Positions 1 through 11,748 of a stretch of DNA of 64,000 nt are shown here, in pieces (the stretch's first letter is position 1; the number at the start of each line of letters is the position of its first letter). The position numbers and the translations under genes were made by a program. The notes beneath the pieces were generated by a model that saw only the letters and a list, made by a program, of their open reading frames with translations, was not told the DNA's origin and made no database searches. The DNA is from Tubulanus polymorphus (Eukaryota; Animalia; Nemertea), in contig NC_134032.1 in the NCBI RefSeq assembly GCF_964204645.1, positions 12,450,275-12,514,274 of the forward strand, in the 5' to 3' direction.

Positions 1-629
1 GAACGTACGATAAAAGTTTATTTCTATCCCACCAGATGGCATTTCAGCTTGTTTTCATTTCCATTGAACTGGATTTTTAGGTTAACAGGGATATTATCAA
101 ACAACTAATGCATGAATCAATCTGTCCATCCCGTCCGACATACTGCAGTCCGGAACCACCCCTTCATCTACCTTAATATGATCAACATTAGTACCGGGTA
201 GCAAAGTGTGCCGATAAAATGTCAAAGGTCTGAATTTTTTCAGTTCATTTTCAATCAAAAAATGTCTCAAGCGATGTCCTGTGAAGTGAAGATGATCATA
301 AATTGTACGAGTATTGATAAAATATAAAATTTCTGAAGGGAACAAAGTTGCAGGCTGTAGATTGATTGAGTCAACTCTCGATTATCGGCCCTACTAAGGA
401 ATTATGTATTATGCCGAAAATCGATGAAGGACTCAGCGTTTTCAATAAGAGCCAGGTCCCAGCACCGTCTGTCGTTTGTAAAGGACCCGCCTGTTTTTTC
501 AAACCAGCTTTCGTTTCAGGGACTGTGACATATTATGGGACCCTCCTGTTTTTCAAAGGTACCTGGCTTGTTAATTTGTTATTGAAAACACTGTGGACTG
601 TAGCTACTTTACTTCAACTGTGAACTTAC

Positions 630-2709
630 TTCATAGTGACTCCGTCGAACATTCCTGTATTGATGAAAACCGGGCAGATGACCGTCGTTTTGACGCCCAG
701 TTTACCCATATCACGCAGTTCCTCGCGCAACGCTTCGTCGAAACCGACGCACGCGAATTTACTCGCGCAATAATCAGTTAACATGTTCACGCCGACGAGT
801 CCGGCGCTGCTAGCGATGTTGACGATGTGTCCCGAGTCCGCTTCGATCATCTTCGGCAAAAATGCTTTACACGTCTGGCAAGAAAGAATAAGATTCATTC
901 ATTAAGTGAATCTGATTCATATGATATGCTATATGAGGATATATATATATATATATATCAAAATTATATATATATATGAGGATTCCGTCTGCTGAAAAGA
1001 ATCTGTCTGCTGAAAGGAATCCATCTGCTGTGAGAGGAATCAGATGCATCTACTGCGAGGAATCCATCTGCTGTGAGAGAATCAGACGCATCTACTGGGA
1101 GGAATCCATCTGCTGTGAGAGGAATCAGATGCATCTCCTGGGAGGAATCCATCTGCTGTGAGAGGAATCAGACGCATCTACTGCGAGGAATCCATCTGCT
1201 GTGAGAGAATCAGACGCATCTACTGCGAGGAATCCATCTGCTGTGAGAGAATCAGACGCATCTACTGGGAGGAATCCATCTGCTGTGAGAGGAATCAGAT
1301 GCATCTCCTGGGAGGAATCCATCTGCTGTGAGAGGAATCAGACGCATCTACTGCGAGGAATCCATCTGCTGAGATTAGAAGTTTGAAATGGATACTAAAG
1401 GGTTTCTCTTCTTGACTTACTATCACTCACGAGAATTATTGAAACTTTTCATCAGGTAGCTAGAACGTTCGATCAATTTTCAGAAAGGATATTTACCCAG
1501 AAATGTGCGAAAACGTTCACTTCGAATGTCTTGACGTTCATGTGATCGGGCGATTCGAGGAGTTTTTTACCAGTTACGATTCCCGCGTTGTTCACGAGAA
1601 TCTGAACGTGTCCGACTTCCTGTTTTACCTGAAAGTTGAAAAATTTAGAAACATTTTGTGAAATTAATTTCATTGAATTCTTTCAAAAAGCTTTGGAAAT
1701 TAACATAAAAATTGTCAAATGTCTTTTAAAGTCCAATTCTTCGCTTTTCTTATATCGATTTTTGAAAACATATCATCTCAACTGAAAAGCTTTAATCTAT
1801 AGAAGCCTTTTCACTTTTAATCAGTGAATTCTTAAAATATCTAAACAGTAGTTTAAAAGTTCTTAATTCATTCATAATTCAATATAATAATCCTTCAACC
1901 ATTTTCTCTCATTTCTTTGAAGTATGGTAGGCCTAACTGATGAGTGAAGTTTTAAACCACTAGGGGGCGTCTTCTACCTTTTCTGCAGCCTCATAGACCG
2001 CCTCCCTGTTGCTCAGATCAACTTTGTAAGCTTTCACCGTAGTTCCGTACTTCTCCACCTCAGCAGCTGTTTCTTCGTTGCCTTTTTCATTGACGTCCCA
2101 CAAAACTAAATTGCATCCGAGTTTTGCAAATTCGTTAGCCATCAATCGACCGAGACCACTTCCTAAAAATTAGAAATCAGAATTCAACAGTTCCTAAAAA
2201 TTAGAAATCAGGATTCAACAGTCTTTAAGATCGAATTCAACTTTATCCAGTGTTTGGACAAAATAATGATTAGTTACAAATGACCACCTTTATCCATTCT
2301 CAATAACTTCAATAATTCAGTTAAATAATAATTTTGTTACAACAGCAGAACTCACTTAATTGCGATGACCAGGAATCTAAATCATGAATAATAGTTTACA
2401 TGCTTACCAAATATTTCACCCAAGAAAATAGGAATTCAGCAAAACCTACTTATTGTATTCTGATGACAACTTTCTTATTCTCAATGACTTCAACGATTCA
2501 GTAAAATTATGATTAGTTTCTCATTCTCGAGGACTTCAATGATTCATTAAAATGAACTCACCAGCTCCAGTGATCAGCACTAGTTTTCCACTGATATTTT
2601 TTTTCTTCATCGAAGCCGGAATGAAAAATAGCACCCACGATTCAACTATGTAATAAATAGTTAATACCAACACTCGTAGCAAATCCAATATCTCTGCCAT
2701 GACAGCCAT
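630..2709 (-). CDS. Short-chain dehydrogenase/reductase, SDR16C family (epidermal retinol dehydrogenase 2 / RDH10-like); 3'-partial, continues beyond window start
   Basis: Exons 2709-2562, 2162-1978, 1628-1497, 874-630 join in frame through GT-AG introns. The protein has an N-terminal hydrophobic anchor ([22 protein letters not shown]), Rossmann TGAGSGLG, NNAG, and catalytic YCASK. No further exon was found in 1-629. Family is clear; exact orthologue is not. Confidence 0.93.
938..977. repeat. (AT)n microsatellite, interrupted
   Basis: Two AT dinucleotide runs separated by caaaatt in SDR intron 3. Confidence 0.9.
978..1372. repeat. 42/43-bp minisatellite (~9 copies) in SDR intron 3
   Basis: Unit gaggaatccatctgctgtgagaggaatcagatgcatctactgc; the ccatctgc marker recurs at 1021, 1064, 1106, 1149 and onward to 1362. 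Confidence 0.95.
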
Positions 2710-3138
2710 CTTGAATCGCTAAAAAAGCTGTAATTAAACAATATAAAGAGGAAATATAATTCAAAGCAGCAAAATCTGCGATTTCTCTGCCATAGCAGCG
2801 ATCTTGCATTATTCAAAATAAGCTATATGCGATTGCTACCGCATATGGGTTTCTGTGCATAACTTTGTCATAAACCGGTTAGGCCTGCCTAGTCATAACA
2901 TTCTAAACTATGATCCTATTAAATAAATAATTTCTTTATCCATCTTAATGAGGTAAATGGAGATTATTTTGGATTATCCTGTTCTTGGCTTTCAATATGG
3001 TCGGGTGTCAGCTGTTTTACTTGACTGCAAAACAATTTCTCAGTTCAGGGAACTTTCAGCTAAAAATTCCCGAGTTACTTCAACTCTGGCTCTATTTCAA
3101 CAATTCAATGATTTCCTAGACAAACAAATTAAGCATTA

Positions 3139-3198
3139 CCTGTAGTCCCTCTCACGCGCACCTCTCTCTCTGTCTGTGCGAGTGAGAGAGACTACAGG
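3139..3198. repeat. Short hairpin/palindromic element (MITE-like)
   Basis: cctgtagtccctctcacgcgcac ... gtgcgagtgagagagactacagg: ~23-bp inverted arms with 2 mismatches, followed by a G/A-rich tract at 3200-3340. Confidence 0.7.
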
Positions 3199-5654
3199 CT
3201 GGGAGAAGTAGATCGATATGGGGGATGGAGAGAGCCAGGGGTGATTGGGAGAGGCTTGGAAGGGCCTAGGGATTGTGAAAGGTTGAGGGAGAGAGGGCCA
3301 GGCTAGGGAGAGGGGGGAAGAGAGATGATAGGGGTAGGGAATATATTAACTCGGAGGCAGGGATAGTTATTTACGATTGCACATTAACACAGATACCGAG
3401 TCTATTTTCGCACTGAAGACACCAAATATAAATCATGACTCAATTGAACCTGTGCATATCATCATCAATAAGCTAAAGGCGCAATCTGCTACGCTTCAAA
3501 CAACTAAACAACAGAATCAGAGACTGAGTTGTCTGTTGAGAAAAACATCTCCAACGTTTAAGCTACAATTTCATAGTTGCGCTTGCAGAAATAATATATT
3601 TTCGGTCATAGCTATTTAACTTGAAACTGCACAAATCTCAATTCGAAAACATGATATCATAAATAGTATATCACTTGATTTTTATTTATCTCTGAACTTG
3701 AAAAAGATTTTGACTACAGTAGATGAGGAACGATAGGCTAGATGTTAAATTGACTTGTGGCGACTTCAGAGGGAAACCTCAAACTTGCTTGCCTTGATTG
3801 GAGCTCAGTTGGTTGAGTCGAAAAACTCAAAGCATAGGCTACAAGATTCATTTTTAAAAAGATATGACTTGTTTTTTTATAATTCTTGAACTCAGAAAGA
3901 TAACGTTGCCTCAACCTTGACCTGAAGCCTACCACTCAGATGGTATCTTCGTAAGGATGTCAATTTATTATGTCGACGAATTTGATAAGATAAAAATTTG
4001 CTCATTTAATGTATAATTTGCAAGCGCATGGTTGTATCGAGGTACCAAGGTCAATACACGCGCCACGTAAATCTCAATAAAAAACCTGTTTGAAATGCAC
4101 GAGGGACTGAGTTTGAAAAGACACAATTTAAGCTTTTCATATTCAAAGTAGGTCGCAGTTAAAAAATTGAATGCATTTTCATGCATAAAGTAATTTAATG
4201 TATTTTTGATGTGATATGAGAGGTTTACAGCAGATCAAAATGTCATGAAAATATAAAAATTTTGATAAAGATATTTGAAATAGTTCCAGAGGACTTCCCA
4301 TTCTTTTCGAACAATTTGTCTGATTTTAGATTTGTAGTTCAATTGAACAATTTTCTGAGAGGACAATGACCTTTCAAAAATCACCTTCGAATAGTTTGGA
4401 AATGATACTGTAGTTTCTGGGATATCGAAGGATACTATATAGTCTATTTTTTGTCTGACATCAATCTTTATGGGGATATTTCTCTAAATCTTTTGAACTC
4501 ACACCTCAATTTGATCTTCGAATATGACAAGTGAAACTATTGTTTCTAAACCGGGGTAGGTATCCATTTTGTAATGAATCGGAGGATTGCTAAAAAGTCT
4601 TCTTTAATTCTGTTAGTAGCAACTGAGTTACTACTAATAGAATTGAAGAAGATCCTATCTATACCAGCTAGTTCTTTATCTGAGCCCCTAGTATGCTGTG
4701 GGCCCCAAATCCAAATCAACAATTGATATACCCTCGAATAATGCATTCATTATTCCTTTCTTAGATCGTGACATCAGTAACTTGATTTTCAATTAGTTAA
4801 ATCGTTAATTATTAAAGCTTACTTACGCGTTGTTACCACTCCGAAATAGTTACAGCAACCAGAAAACGAAAAATAAACCACTCACAAGTCGACACTTCAA
4901 TCGTTGCTTCAGGTGGATGTGAATAGTTCAACAATATCTTTTTAGATGGCACCACAATCGAGCTGTTAATTTTGGCCGAGGATCCTATACCGTATAAATA
5001 CATTTTTCCGGGCCTCGACTTAGGAAGCATGGCGGGGCCTTCTTGTAAAACTTTTGCCTCTCATATATATTATTGAAAGTGGATTTATTCAGTTATCTGC
5101 TACAGTCAGTCACTTTTTTATAAAACCATGATCCAAAGCCATTGAAAATAAATGCAACTAAAAATTTGGAAAATTTGTATTTAAACATGCCTTCTTTATT
5201 GTGTTTGAATAAAAAATGAAATGCAGTTGCCTGGTACAAAAACAAGACCTTTAAAGTTATGACGTAAGGTTCAAATATTTCCTCGAAGAAAGAGAATTTC
5301 TCCTAAACTTCTAAACTAATTCACGAACAGAACCTACTAGTAGTTCTAGTTATGATATAGTTAACTCCACCAAGAGTCAGAAACAGCAATGGAACTAGAC
5401 TCAGCTCCAGTAGCTGGTAAAGTTTGACTTAAAATTACTCCATTTTGCAATGATTTAAATAATGAGTCTGATTCAAACCAAGATTGTTGAATCAGCTCCT
5501 GGTTGCAATAAGTGAAAATTTGACTCTGATTCACTGAAAAAATAATTCAGTTAAATCCAATTTAACAGTGGGACGATTCCAGTTTTCATCATATTTTCAG
5601 CGTCGATAGAAAAATAATGTCATCTCATTTAACGTGTGTTTACTCTGACAGACT

Positions 5655-6837
5655 TCAGCTGGAATCCTCGCTGTCTAAAATCACTAATTCCGCATTTTGT
5701 TTCATCATGTCGATGTAGTCCTTCGCTTTTATTTTCTGAGGAATTATGTCTAAAGAAAGAAACGATGAAAGACAACTTGAGCGATACGAAGATTGATGTG
5801 ACAGTTAATCATTTCTAAAAATTTAATAAAATCATAACCTTATTCAATTGATTTCTATACAGGATTTGCTATGTCCCTAACAAACTTAAAGGATACAGGG
5901 GTTTACATATCAAAATTTGGCTATGAAACTTAAAAAGATTTTGTAAATTAAAAAAACCTAATTTTGGCAACAAAATTTTGAACTAATTTCTTATCAATTA
6001 GATGTGACAATCAATCTTTCTAAAAAATTAATCAAATTCTAATCTTATAGGCCTAACAGGGAGCAGTCCCCCTCATTTGATTGATTTTTATGAAAAATCC
6101 AAGCGATGTAAAGCCAATACAAACAAATACTGGTTTATTTATTTCATAGAAGAGTTCTATGGTTATTTTCTATGCACCTTACAAACCCATCACGAACCCA
6201 AGGATTCAGGGGTTTAAGTATCAAACTTTGGCAATGAAACTTGAGATTTTATTGATTAAAGAAACCTAATTTTGGCTATAAAATTTTGAACAAATTTCTT
6301 ATCAATTTGAAAAAAAAAATGTTTATACCTTGTAGAAACTGAAGATTTTCATCTTCTGCTACGAATTTCGCCAAAGTATTGTAAACGACGTTATTCGGGT
6401 CATCTCCTTCTTCCATGCAACTAACGGCTAAATCTTCGATGAACAGTTCCTGAAATATAAAATTGAAAAAAAAAAATCTTGGCATCAGAACTAGAACGAA
6501 AAATAGCTTCACATCTGGTAACTATCAATAGGGAACCGGTTTGATATTCATAAGTAATTTTATGAGTTGTAATCAATTGTTTAATTGATACGCGCTACGC
6601 GCCCGAATAATTTCAACCGGACCTTGTTCGATAATTAGCGCGACAATGATAGACTATTTCGCTACTTACGGCCGCTCTGGTGACTAAAAACAGTGAATCA
6701 TTACTGATTGTGGTAACATCGGGAGAACTCTTCATTATAGTTCTGATTCGCGATATCGGCAGCAGAAGACCACCCGGTTTTATCGACGGTTTCGTCGGGC
6801 TTTTATTCGCCGATGTATTTAGCTGCTTTTCGGCCAT
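5655..6837 (-). CDS. CHRAC1: Chromatin accessibility complex protein 1 (histone-fold, CHRAC15/16-like), 127 aa
   Basis: Exons 6837-6670, 6449-6329, 5749-5655 total 384 nt in frame. Histone-fold signatures LPISRIRTIMKSSPDV, ELFIEDLA and LQFLQDIIPQKIKAKDY are typical of CHRAC1. Confidence 0.93.
5889..6308. repeat. Local direct duplication (~110 bp, two copies) in CHRAC1 intron 2
   Basis: aggatacaggggttta...atttcttatcaatt at ~5890-5999 is repeated with substitutions at ~6201-6308. Confidence 0.75.
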
Positions 6838-6839
6838 GT

Positions 6840-7010
6840 TTGATTCGAATCGTTCTCCGGCGATTCGGATCTAATAGCGAGTGTCGACTTCCGTTTCTGG
6901 GCAGCTGTTTACAAATGGCCGCCGGTGTCGCGATGTCGTCGCGGCGATGTTGAAACGATGACAAATCTCGTCGAACAACGAATGTCACAATATGGGAAGG
7001 CAATTAGCGC
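6840..7010. promoter_or_regulatory. Candidate CpG-rich bidirectional promoter (CHRAC1 / SLFNL1-like)
   Basis: The two start codons diverge (6837 minus, 7665 plus). ETS-like ACTTCCG at ~6887, YY1-like AAATGGCCGCC at ~6913, local CpG enrichment. Inference from motifs only. Confidence 0.5.
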
Positions 7011-7320
7011 AATTCTAGATGCGTTTTGAAACAGATAATTGAAATTTTGAAACAGTGGGATTCGTAAATATAAGAGAAATTCTCCCCCCAACAAACAAAA
7101 CACGTTTTGACATCCTCTCCTCGATTCGAATCAGTCCAGACAGAAGAAGAAAGTTCACTCAATTTTGACATAATCAGTACCCAGGAGCTGCGGTTGCTCC
7201 AAAGTTGGTAAGAGTTAATCAGAGGATCAGAGTTCTTGTTACTATATGGTTTTCAAAACACATTTTGACATCTCAAATCAGAAAGTTCACTCAATTTTGA
7301 CTTAATAATCAGGACCCCCA

Positions 7321-7451
7321 GGGATCAGTTTCTCAAAAGTTGGTTACAGTTATCCAGCGGATAGTTGACATGATGAAAATAAAAATGTTGATTGTAAAAT
7401 GGGTATTTATCCGCCTGTTATCTGAAACCAACCTTTTTGAGCAACTGGCCC
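7321..7451. mobile_element. Harbinger-like MITE, family A
   Basis: Imperfect TIRs gggatcagtttctcaaaagttggtt / aaccaacctttttgagcaactggccc; same family as 29976-30244. Confidence 0.7.
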
Positions 7452-7453
7452 GT

Positions 7454-7551
7454 GGATCCAGTTCCACAGTCATGAGTTAGCGTTAACTCATTGAAAATGA
7501 ACTAACGTTTACTCAGAGTTAACTCTAACCCACAACTGTGGAACTGGGTCC
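7454..7551. mobile_element. Palindromic MITE, family C
   Basis: TIRs ggatccagttccacagt / actgtggaactgggtcc. Related copies at ~9937-10079, ~11477-11570, ~29600-29688, and a split copy at 27480-27556 / 29003-29030. Confidence 0.75.
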
Positions 7552-7664
7552 TTAATTGTAAACTGACAAAACTGTCAATGAGAAAATTTAATCACCAGAT
7601 CATCCAGGAAGAAACAACCAGAGTCATGAAGAATGGATCATCATTTTTATTTGAAGCCGACAAA

Positions 7665-9787
7665 ATGGCCACCAGCATCATCCCCGACGACACCGCAATA
7701 TTCATCGGAAACCTACGCGACGACGTTCCCGCGTATCGACTACGCGAAACGCTGCGGGAACTCGCGCGAGAATTCGGCGTTAAAATCGCGCGCAAATCGA
7801 TCCACATCGTGCAACGCCCGACCGGCGGTTCGAGCTTCGCGTATTTATACCTCGAAAACTCGCGACAACAAACCGACCTGCTCAACGCCCTGTCGTCGGT
7901 CGCAGCATCCGATTCGACCGTCGATTTGAAATCCGTCTGTCTCTCGGAATTAGTGTCGCCGTGGAAACAACTGCGAGTCGAATGTAAAATGGAACGCGTT
8001 CGAAAACGGCACGAACGCGAACGGAATCACGTTTTGAAACGATTCAATCGGGATTCGACGGATTTTACGCGATTGAGCCGTGGATTCGAGGAATCGACCG
8101 ACGCCTCCGCTGAGATCGACGATGATCAACGCGAAGAACCGCCGTGTCATCATCGGCAGCCGTGCGTGTCGGCGAGCTGTCCGGCTTCGATGCCGTCCAG
8201 ATCAACGATGACCGACTCCGCCGTCAATCGGGTTTATATCCGCGGACAGGAGCTGACACAGACGGAATCACGATTCGTCGAGTATAAAAGCGGCGCCGGG
8301 AACTTCATTCATAAACATTTCAAACGGTGTTTGTTGAAATACACGGTCGGATTTCTGAACAGCGAAGGAGGAACACTTTATATCGGAGTCCTAGATTCAG
8401 GTCAGTCTCATGCATTACAAATGATTGCAGTTCACAAGATGACCCTGAAATTTGATAAGGAGAAACAAGATATTAATTCTTTTAGCCTGAGTAGTGATTG
8501 GATCTGATACAGCTTTTTCAGAAATGATAGCAACCTTCATAAATCCCCTTTGCTTGAAAAATCCTAACCTAACACATTTTCAGATGATGTCATATATCAT
8601 TAGGGTTTTTTGGAGGCAGTCATCTCATCCTCAATGCCCTCAGAATCTCTACCGCAGTTTCTAAAATTCTGTTTTAAAAATCTATTTTCTGTTTTGTTTA
8701 TTTAGGGCATGTGAGTGGAATAGATTTGGATCGTAAAAACGAAGATAAGCTCAGGTTAAAAATAGACAGCTGGATTAAAACCATACAACCTCCTGTATAC
8801 CCTCATATGTATCATATAGATATAATACCGGTACTACATTCAGATTATAACGCCGGTAAGAGCCACACCTTTCCCCTACCCCATCACATGTACATAAACC
8901 TACTACTTACACTGAGGAACCGCGACATCAGCTATCCTGGTAGATGACATAACAAGCACTCAGTCCTCAAATGTTTTCAAAATTAGTTCATTTTCTATGA
9001 GATTTGAAATGAATTTTTTAGGCTCCTGAGTCCATGCATGACCACAGAACCCACCAAATATATACATACTGGTATAGTTTTTGTTAATTGTTGAATTAAT
9101 TAAGAAAACAGTTCATTCCAAGTGAACAGTTCAATATTCCACCTTGAATCTGCAAGACTGAGGAGTTACTACTTTCGAAACTGGAAGATCCTTGCCTGTC
9201 ATAAGTGGAATCCTTGATTGCCACCTATTTCCTGATTGGAGCTTGTTTAGTGGGAAATAATTGAACAATTATGGCATCTTCTTCATTTGCAACAGTATTG
9301 CTTAAATTTTTGGGTTTTTTTTCAGGTGAATTAAAAGTGATCGAAATCCGTGTTAGTAAGGGTGAAACGCAAGACCAACTCTACGAGTACGGACAGAGTG
9401 AAGTTTATATCCGACGCGACGCCAGTTTACAGGGACCCTTAAAAGCCAGTGATATCATTACTTGGAGCAAAATGGTAGGATGTTAGGACTTAAATTGTTA
9501 AAATAATCAATTTTTGAAAATCGTCATCTTCCACATTATGTTAAATCTTGCGCGTAGATGTAACTTTTACAAAATGTTTTATATCCACTTTACGATGTTT
9601 TTTTTTTTTTCGGACGCAGAAATTATCGCGGGAACAGCATTTGAAAGAAGCGGAGATCTCGCAGCTACGAATCTCACAACAGCGTCTGCTCGAAAAAATC
9701 GAAGAGAAAGAAACGTACGCGAAACGCTTAGAATCGGAATTACGCGATATTTCCAAGAGTTCATCGCGAGTTTGTAACATTCTATGA
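7665..9787 (+). CDS. SLFNL1: Schlafen-like protein (SLFNL1-type): N-terminal RRM-like domain, AlbA_2/Schlafen nuclease domain, coiled coil, C-terminal CaaX; ~400 aa
   Basis: Exons 7665-8400, 8706-8855, 9326-9474, 9620-9787 total 1203 nt in frame. RNP2-like IFIGNL and RNP1-like SFAYLYL; AlbA_2 motifs ESRFVEYKSG and GFLNSEGGTLYIGVLDSG; YIRRDASLQGPL; ends CNIL*. ATG 7665 follows an acceptor-like tttttatttgaag; the in-frame upstream ATG at 7578 is probably intronic. Confidence 0.88.
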
Positions 9788-11748
9788 GTGTTTCTCTACG
9801 AGTTATGTATATCGGTTACTTCTTGTTTCCAATAAGTGCAACAACGAAAACCGTTTTAGGTTTTCAGTTAATTCGCTATTGGTTACTCAATGTTCTAAAT
9901 ATTAGAATGCTTTAAGCATAACCTTCATAAAACTAGCGCAGTTCCACTCATCTGGGTTAAAATTGACTCTTAGAGCTGAAACGTCCCAGGACACAGAGAT
10001 GTCATTTGGAACACCAATTTAAAATCATTATCATTCGATCTTTGGTTTAAATATCAACTTTTCCAGTGGAACTGGGTCCTTGATCTCATTGAAATTGCTC
10101 AATATTTGCGTTAGACTTCTGCTGCTCAGTAACTGACTATCCTCCTGGTAGAATTTTACCAGTCCTCATTTTTAATTGAGTTTAAGAGTTTACTGTATTT
10201 CTTTAACTCTTCCTCAATTATTTGAAATTTAGTCAAGAAAGGGAGGGGAGGATAATTACTGGCTTTCACGAGCCTATCACAGATCCGTCTTTACTGATGA
10301 TGATGATGAGAGTCTACTCTATTTAAAGTAGACACTACCGATAAGTCAATCATCTAATATACATGTAATAAAATTTCTGTAATTAAACTGTCCTAGGGCT
10401 TTCATAAAATGCTTTTTACACTGCATAATGAACCAATCAATTAATATTTGCGATTAAAAATTATACGGTACTTGCACATTTTTATAACTGATTATGTCTC
10501 AATGAATCTTACTGTGATCAATCGTGTGAAAAATTCAATTGGAGGAATGAAATTTTGATTAAATTTTCAGTAAATATATAGTGATACGGGTATAATGAAA
10601 TTAATGTTAAATGCTTTCCAAAAGAAACTTGTTATTTGTTTAAAAAGAGCTTTTTATATTTACTGAAACGTTATATAAAAATAAATATGTAACTTATACT
10701 CAAAATTTACAATTTGTAATATAGATTTTACCAAAAATACATAAAGAGGATGTGTTTTTTTATTTTACAGTGTATCGTTAAAGGTGTATAACATTTTTTA
10801 TGAAATAGATTATAAAATAATGTAACCTTATGTTGTGTCATGTTTTGGCTATTTTCTTGATCGCAGATCCAGGTCTGGTTATATTACCAAGAGCCATTCG
10901 CTTTGAAATTGAACAAAGGCAAGGGCCAGACTTGAACACCGTCTCTCAACTGGGTCTGTGATACTTTATCACCATTCTTCCAATTTCTGATCATTCGTAC
11001 TTCGCTCTCAGGACCCAGAGACGTCTTCAATTGACAATGAACTATAAATACCTGACATGATATATTATCAGCGAGCTTTCAAAATGTGGTTGTCAATACT
11101 TCACTCATGTTCAAGATATTTTCAATTGAAAACAAACTCAGACATTAGGCATTTATGAGCAGACTTTCAAATACTGGTCTTCCACACTATAATGATGAAT
11201 GCCTGAAAGGAAGGCTCCAGGACTACACGCCTAAGAATTTGGGCCGAACAGGATGACCGTCTTTAAACTTGATAAAACTGGTAAATTAACTATGAAAAGA
11301 ACCACATATTCAGTTTCTGATTATTGCCGCAATCATTTTCATTTTAATCTGCGTTCAATATAAATCGCTTTTCATGAATCAATAAAAAATAACATTTATG
11401 CAGTATTGATTGCGAATACCACGTTGCAGTTCGCCTCAACTAGGGGTCAGCGAAGTTGAATCTTGATCTACGCACGGGGATTCAGTTCCACAGTCAAAAT
11501 TAGTTCCGTTTAAGTTTAAATCCAGCAAAGAATCAATCGCATTTAACTCACTCTTTAGAACTGTGGATTCAGTGTTATATCCATCATTTCAAAATGAATT
11601 ATCTCTTCGGCGGTGAAATCATTGCCTAATCCACACTAATCCTCTCATATCAGATTATCTCAAATAATCTAAACTATGTGTCTTTGACTAGTTAATCGTA
11701 TTATTCACATATTTACAATCCGACGTCTCCTATTGCTTTCACGTCGGT

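Noticed and set aside
97-345. 82-aa minus ORF with HRLRH, reminiscent of a tyrosine recombinase box II, or a further SDR exon
   Set aside because: TTG start, no other recombinase motifs, and no in-phase acceptor producing SDR-like sequence.
867-1386. Several overlapping 60-65 aa ORFs
   Set aside because: Translations of the intronic 42/43-bp minisatellite.
3720-4100. Possible LINE RT C-terminal relic (VEKLKA*ATRFIF)
   Set aside because: Single weak motif without supporting neighbours; needs a profile search.
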